DNA of 64,000 bases, taken from contig JAHYIR010000002.1 in the NCBI GenBank assembly GCA_019429305.1, forward strand, positions 43,574 to 107,573, read 5' to 3'. Source of the stretch: Candidatus Cloacimonadota bacterium (GTDB taxonomy: Bacteria > Cloacimonadota > Cloacimonadia > Cloacimonadales > JAJBBL01). The notes below the pieces were generated by a model. It made no database searches, was not told the origin of the DNA, and was given only the letters and a program-made list of their open reading frames with translations. Both the position numbers and the translations under genes were made by a program. Position 1 is the stretch's first letter; each line of letters opens with the position of its first letter. Positions 58,838 through 64,000 of this stretch are shown here, in pieces.

Positions 58838-61800
58838 TTATTTTAGCAACATCATTTTCTTGATTTGCGATTTAGTTTCTCCAGTAGTTAAACGATAGAA
58901 GTAAACACCTGAGGAAACGGTTCTATTTCTATTGTCGTTCCCTTCCCAACGGACGATATGTTTCCCGGATCCCATTTTTTCATCAATAAGAGTAGTTACT
59001 CTTTGTCCTCTAATATTAAAAATTTCTAATTTAACTCTTTCTTCTGTATGAAGATAAAAAGCAATGTTCGTTCCGGTGTTTCTTCTTGAGGATGCTCCAG
59101 CAAAGAATGGGTTAGGATAATTACTAAATAACAGAGGCGATTCAATGAGCTCGTCAGTTGAGCTCCCATAAGAATTAGTCACCATGATCTGACCGTTTAT
59201 TGTAGTAGAAGTTGGAATATAGACATAATCTTCATCTTCAGAGAGAACTTCCATAATCCCATCTAACAGCAAAACAACAGTATAATTTGTCGGTAAATTT
59301 GTATCACTTTTTCTGAAATAAATAGGTTGTATTTCTTCATCAATATCAATGACAAAATCCCAGAAACGTGATTCTTCTAAGTCATTATTTAAATCTGTCT
59401 TAAACTTGGAATACAATTTGTTGAATGGTTGTGCATCTTGATTTCCAGGTATATAGAAATAGAAATCTGTTTCTGGTCTTTTCGGAGGTTTTGGTAGATC
59501 AAAGAAACGATTAAATTCATCTGTAGTATTATGCCAGCTTCCTATTAAGATTTCGTCCCCAATGAAATTTACTTGTTGAGCAATTATTTTTGTCTTCCAT
59601 AGTGAAGGATATCCTGAGTAATCAGGATTTTGTTGGAAAGGAACTATTTTCAAAACCAAATCAGTGATGTTGGAGTATATCCATAATGATTCTTGACTTG
59701 GCAGAAAATCACTCAAAAAATAACGGTTATTATTCATACCATAGAGAGAACGTTCAACCATATTATATTGCATTGCTTCAACGAAATTAAACTGCTGGTC
59801 TTGATATAGAAAGAGGAAATCGCGAATATTTATATCAGATAGAAATACATTCGGAATAAGATTCCAACCTTCTTGGAGTGAAATCTCATACTGCAATTTA
59901 CGGATTGTTCCTGTAGTAGCTAACTCATAATCAACAGGCATATAGAGCCAATATCCTTGACCGAATTGGTATGATAATACTTCCATATATGATTGGTCAT
60001 TAAAGTTATAAGAATATAATTGAGATTCTTGCCCAAAAAGTGTTGTTCCAATGAAATTTGGACTTTCAAGAGGATTAGATTTCATATGCCATCCAGCTTC
60101 ATTCGAAAATTGAACCGTGGAAGGTATTATACCGAGCTTGAAATTTGAGTAATTGTCATATGCATATCCATCAACTATATTAGCTCTAACTACCAAATTT
60201 GCATCTAACATCATAACATTATCGGGAACTGTCCAATTATACGAAGTAGTTGTTACAGGTAGACCATTGGCAATCGAAAGAACATTTGATCCGTTTGTCA
60301 GATAGAGATCGAAATTGTTTACTAATAAAGGAAAATTAACTGACCAATTAAAGTTAATAGAATCTCCTGCTTGTAAAAATCTATTATTCATACCAGTAAT
60401 GCCCACGTTGGGTAGCAAATTACCCCAATAAAGAGTAAAAGTACGATATGCTGCACTTGTTGCCTGATACACAAAGCTATCTTGCGTCAGATCGACCATA
60501 TTGCCGGTTGTGGCATCTCTAAGATATACTTTTTCACTGTTCCTCGAAAAGTTATCAGAAAGTAAGATTGTTATTGGTTGATTTGTTTGATTGGTACTAA
60601 TTCTAATTACATAGGTTTTAAGATATAAATCGGGATCAAAAAAGCCATAAATATCTCTTTGGAGGTTTCTTAGATTAACGTTCCAATTACTATGATAAGA
60701 CATGGCAAAGATATAATCACCGCCTGGGTTATCGCCTTTTAATATATCGAAATTCGAATCATATCCATCTGTAGCAAAAGGGTTAGAACCGAACTCTACT
60801 GTATCATAGATCAAACCGTTATCGTTTTGCACAATGAGACTATAGATATTTTGGGGTGAAGCAGAATAAACAAAATCATGTATAAATTCATTAAATGTGC
60901 TATCTACTGAAGCTACTTTATAATCATAGATTAAACCATTTTCTATATTGTTATCTACAAAAGCATAACTAACGTTATTATTAGGAGAACCTAAAAGGTC
61001 AGTTTCAGTCTCCCAAGAAGCAATCATTATATAATCATCAGTTCCGCTTATAGCCCGCCAGATATTGAATCCTTGATTATTACTCTGATATTGAGCCAAC
61101 CAACTAATATCAACGTAACTATCTCGTCCGTAAGCCCTCAAATTGGCTATAGTCGCCGAACCGGTATATATTGATATTTCATTAGAAAACTGAGAATATA
61201 GACCATTATAATCCCGAGCTCTCAATCTAAAAAAATACTGGGAAGCAGGTTGTAAACCAGTAATAGTTGCTTTAGTAAATGCTTGTCCAGCTAAGGTTGT
61301 TATATTGCTCCGGGTTATGGTAGAGTAATTTGGATTTATTAGATCAATAGGTTCAGTTGCATAGATGATTTCATATGTTTCAAAATCGTATGAATGAGAT
61401 CTTTCCCACTCTAAAACTATATTATTATAAGAGGCACTAACTAAACTCAAGTTTGTTGGATTAGAAGGCGGTAGATCATCATTTAGATTCAGAACAGTCG
61501 GTAAGATTAGGGCATAGTGTTCTAACCACGGTGTATAGAATGCTAAAGCTTGTGTCCAAAAATCTTGAGGATTCCATTGTTGATTAATTGCATCAAATCC
61601 ATAAAACCACCGGTAATAGTTCATTGTCTGAGGATAGGCACTTGGTAGCTCCTCCATCTCGATATGCATAAAGGGCGTAATTACATCATATTTATTCCAC
61701 CCGCTATTTGTATAAGCTACTTGATTGTTACCATCAGCACCCGGTAGATTAATGTTATTACTTATGGGTAGGAACTGACTACCAAAATTGAAAAATAATC

Positions 61801-62782
61801 CGTGTTGATCATAGAGCACCGAATAATAATCAGTTACCAAGATGTCTTCATGAGAACCTATTGTGTTAGCAGGAATAACAAGATATGGAGAAGAATTAAT
61901 CATATCCAAATAACCACCACTAACGTCTCTGACAGGTAGTCCGGGATAGTTATAATTCCATCCTCCACCACTTATCTGCAGATGATTGTAACCCATGTGA
62001 GTATAATCAAAACTGTGTATCTGGACTGAGAGCTCTCTTCTTCCGAAAGTGCTTCTAATCTCCTGGCACATTCTTTGGTAGGTTACATGAAAGACATGAT
62101 TGGCATTACGAGAAGGATCACTCAGTGATTTTGAATTAAAATATGGTGGTACATTTGTCCAAAGAACCTCTCTTCCAGCTCCAGCAATCATCATAAATCG
62201 TGCATCCCATAATTGAAAAGCTTTTGTAGCGACTGGTATGCTGATAAAATCATCTTTAGGATGGACTACATTAACAATCAGGGGTACATTAGAATCGGGA
62301 TTGAAAAGGTATATACCCCAACCGAAGTCAAAACTTCCTATCTGATGCATCTCCGGTTGATCAGGAAATCCATTATCATCAAAATGTGAGTAGTTAAGTT
62401 GTTCACGCAACATATAAAAAGTCCTGCCTGTATCAGTATCGTTGAACTGGACTACTTCGTAAGGGAATTCATATTGATTAATTAATGTCTGTGTCTCATC
62501 AAACAACCCTGATAGGAAAAGATCTACAATTTCACCCCAGTTAGTTCTCTGAGTAGTACTAGCATTAACGAAATTTCCAAAACCATTTGTTTGAACATCC
62601 CACGGGGCATATTGATTGTAACCGGGTGAAGCTAAACCCTCAACTACCCTATTATAGAAATTGTCATACGCTGTATCTTCTGTTGTTCCAAACATAAAAT
62701 CCGATAGTGATGCTGTCTCAACTACTAATGAGTTAAGAGCAACAACCGTTAAAAATAACCATAACAAAATGGTTAGTCTCAT
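58838..62782 (-). CDS. tandem paralogue of 54786-58772 (same architecture, T9SS type-A CTD)
   Basis: 1314 aa, collinear with its neighbour over the full length. Shares NVVHPKDDF, RRELSVQIHSFDYTHMG, TPFMHIEMEELP, the FN3 domain and a CTD ending KKMMLLK. Signal peptide LTILLWLFLTVVALNS. Confidence 0.75.
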   Translation of the reverse strand: MRLTILLWLFLTVVALNSLVVETASLSDFMFGTTEDTAYDNFYNRVVEGLASPGYNQYAPWDVQTNGFGNFVNASTTQRTNWGEIVDLFLSGLFDETQTLINQYEFPYEVVQFNDTDTGRTFYMLREQLNYSHFDDNGFPDQPEMHQIGSFDFGWGIYLFNPDSNVPLIVNVVHPKDDFISIPVATKAFQLWDARFMMIAGAGREVLWTNVPPYFNSKSLSDPSRNANHVFHVTYQRMCQEIRSTFGRRELSVQIHSFDYTHMGYNHLQISGGGWNYNYPGLPVRDVSGGYLDMINSSPYLVIPANTIGSHEDILVTDYYSVLYDQHGLFFNFGSQFLPISNNINLPGADGNNQVAYTNSGWNKYDVITPFMHIEMEELPSAYPQTMNYYRWFYGFDAINQQWNPQDFWTQALAFYTPWLEHYALILPTVLNLNDDLPPSNPTNLSLVSASYNNIVLEWERSHSYDFETYEIIYATEPIDLINPNYSTITRSNITTLAGQAFTKATITGLQPASQYFFRLRARDYNGLYSQFSNEISIYTGSATIANLRAYGRDSYVDISWLAQYQSNNQGFNIWRAISGTDDYIMIASWETETDLLGSPNNNVSYAFVDNNIENGLIYDYKVASVDSTFNEFIHDFVYSASPQNIYSLIVQNDNGLIYDTVEFGSNPFATDGYDSNFDILKGDNPGGDYIFAMSYHSNWNVNLRNLQRDIYGFFDPDLYLKTYVIRISTNQTNQPITILLSDNFSRNSEKVYLRDATTGNMVDLTQDSFVYQATSAAYRTFTLYWGNLLPNVGITGMNNRFLQAGDSINFNWSVNFPLLVNNFDLYLTNGSNVLSIANGLPVTTTSYNWTVPDNVMMLDANLVVRANIVDGYAYDNYSNFKLGIIPSTVQFSNEAGWHMKSNPLESPNFIGTTLFGQESQLYSYNFNDQSYMEVLSYQFGQGYWLYMPVDYELATTGTIRKLQYEISLQEGWNLIPNVFLSDINIRDFLFLYQDQQFNFVEAMQYNMVERSLYGMNNNRYFLSDFLPSQESLWIYSNITDLVLKIVPFQQNPDYSGYPSLWKTKIIAQQVNFIGDEILIGSWHNTTDEFNRFFDLPKPPKRPETDFYFYIPGNQDAQPFNKLYSKFKTDLNNDLEESRFWDFVIDIDEEIQPIYFRKSDTNLPTNYTVVLLLDGIMEVLSEDEDYVYIPTSTTINGQIMVTNSYGSSTDELIESPLLFSNYPNPFFAGASSRRNTGTNIAFYLHTEERVKLEIFNIRGQRVTTLIDEKMGSGKHIVRWEGNDNRNRTVSSGVYFYRLTTGETKSQIKKMMLLK

Positions 62783-64000
62783 CTATACTCTCCTTACTTG
62801 AATATATTACTCCATTTTCAAATATAAAAGCTTCTTTTCTTAGTTTAATGTCAAGATTTTTTCAAATTCTAGAACTCACATCCCCCCGTTTTTTTTATAG
62901 GGGATTAGAAGCTGTTGTGATTTTAACCATCTTCCGGCATACGGGTTAATGTTATATTTGGTTACTGAGGTGAAACACATTTGGACAAGTATAGACAGCC
63001 TATAATAAATAAAGTCATAGATCTTTTTCCACCTGGAATTACAGTATTTCATGATACTGGGAAAAGCCTCCAAAAAGAGATAAGCATATCGTTTTAAAGA
63101 GTAAAGAAAGCAGACTGCTATCAATAGAATCTGGTTCATGGTCTTCAGTCTGGTGTATGAAGTTAACTGTATCTTTTGGCTTCGCCGAGCTCGGAAGCAG
63201 CCACGAAGAAGACCTTTCCTCGGTTCCCAGCCGTAATCTTGTTTAACTTGCTTGTGTACCTCTTCTATCTTCCAACGGATTCCATACATCTTTACTACTT
63301 TCTCCATAATTGCCGGTTTCGATAAATGAGGTTGATTAGGGAAGTCACATAGGAAATAGAAAAATCCTGATTTATTTTTCTCATCGGAGATAAAGCGACA
63401 TATAATCAACCATGCCTCTATTGTTTCTGGATTTTTCTTAGGGTGGGGATCTGTTCGCAACTCTACCCTCTTGATCCCGCATCTTATCTGACGGTTTGAT
63501 CCCTTTAATTTGAACCAGTGTGTAAACTTGACTGACTTTGCTACTTCTATAAATTTCAGTTCATTACCATCAACTATTAAACTTCGTTTGCCGGTTAATC
63601 TGACAATAAAATTTAGTCCGTGTTGTTTTAAAAAAGAGAAGAACTTTCTAGTATCTAATCCCCTATCACCTATATATACTCCTTTCCCATTAACAGTGAT
63701 GGCTATGTCTACCAACCTATCTTCCAGGGTTTGAGAGATACTGTCCATTTCAAGATCACGGGATATTAAATCAGAACTTATTGGCTTGATCTCATATCCT
63801 TCCCCGTTATCCTGAAAGGCTATGATATTCAAAAGATTATAACCGGATTGATCATACCGTCCTGTACTGCCGTCTCTTACTTTCTTTAATCCTTCCATCT
63901 TCTTTGCCTTACTTTTGATAATATCACTGTCATCTATTATAATACCTGTATCGTTATCGATCCCCCGACACTGTTTCTTCATTGTTATTTTCTGAAGGAT
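62783..64000 (-). mobile_element. insertion sequence (partial). Its 3' end must lie within 62783-62875; the other end is off-window
   Basis: The transposase stop at 62876 is only 93 nt from the start codon of the 1314-aa gene. Terminal inverted repeats cannot be defined because one end is missing. Confidence 0.55.
62876..64000 (-). CDS. IS4-superfamily DDE transposase, N-terminus beyond the window edge
   Basis: Exact Y-2-R-3-E-6-K signature in YGIRWKIEEVHKQVK. D1-like IIIDDSD and D2-like YIGDRGLD. The frame stays open upstream of the tracked Met (ILQKIT-MKKQ...) to nt 64000, so the DNA-binding N-terminus is off-window. Confidence 0.8.
   Translation of the reverse strand: MLQKITMKKQCRGIDNDTGIIIDDSDIIKSKAKKMEGLKKVRDGSTGRYDQSGYNLLNIIAFQDNGEGYEIKPISSDLISRDLEMDSISQTLEDRLVDIAITVNGKGVYIGDRGLDTRKFFSFLKQHGLNFIVRLTGKRSLIVDGNELKFIEVAKSVKFTHWFKLKGSNRQIRCGIKRVELRTDPHPKKNPETIEAWLIICRFISDEKNKSGFFYFLCDFPNQPHLSKPAIMEKVVKMYGIRWKIEEVHKQVKQDYGWEPRKGLLRGCFRARRSQKIQLTSYTRLKTMNQILLIAVCFLYSLKRYAYLFLEAFPSIMKYCNSRWKKIYDFIYYRLSILVQMCFTSVTKYNINPYAGRWLKSQQLLIPYKKNGGM

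Noticed and set aside
63176-63223. A GC-rich 48-nt patch inside the transposase gene, containing the palindrome CCGAGCTCGG and encoding PRKGLLRGCFRARRSQ, as a possible foreign insertion.
   Set aside because: It is in frame with no stops and lies in the variable region after the YREK motif, where IS4 transposases are poorly conserved. It cannot be distinguished from native sequence without other copies of the IS.

Overview
AT-rich, gene-dense bacterial chromosome segment. All functional calls rest on remembered family motifs, not on database searches. Ordinary housekeeping genes: a tamA/tamB-like pair, tsaE, panB, tgt, rseP, fhs, smpB, tpx, ogt, lpxB, ligA, two LptF/G-family permeases, rsmI, ybaB-recR and ribE. 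These are mixed with three accessory blocks. (i) 14.4-25.5 kb holds two giant adhesin-like genes (1813 and 1758 aa) whose last 800 codons appear nucleotide-identical, forming a 2,404-bp direct repeat with a 5,833-bp period. (ii) 27.7-30.5 kb holds a 946-aa secreted protein of unknown function. (iii) 48.7-64 kb holds a lipoprotein, four outer-membrane beta-barrel genes (three with their own terminators), two tandem ~1,300-aa paralogues with a possible zinc-carboxypeptidase-like core, and an IS4-type transposase that runs off the right edge. All five large proteins end in the same ~80-aa FlgD-Ig / T9SS type-A C-terminal sorting domain (NYPNPF...G(I/V)Y(F/L)Y...KKM(I/M)L(M/L)K). Together they occupy 21,492 nt, about one third of the window. 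A PorX-type response regulator (receiver + PglZ) lies at 6.2-7.8 kb. A tdh-acpS-acsA-acp-kbl-satP cluster (40.7-46.0 kb) looks like a threonine-to-glycine-plus-acetate module with an unexplained carrier-protein insertion. I recognised no rRNA, tRNA, CRISPR array or prophage. The sorting-domain style and gene content suggest an FCB-group organism (Cloacimonadota-like), but that is only a guess.
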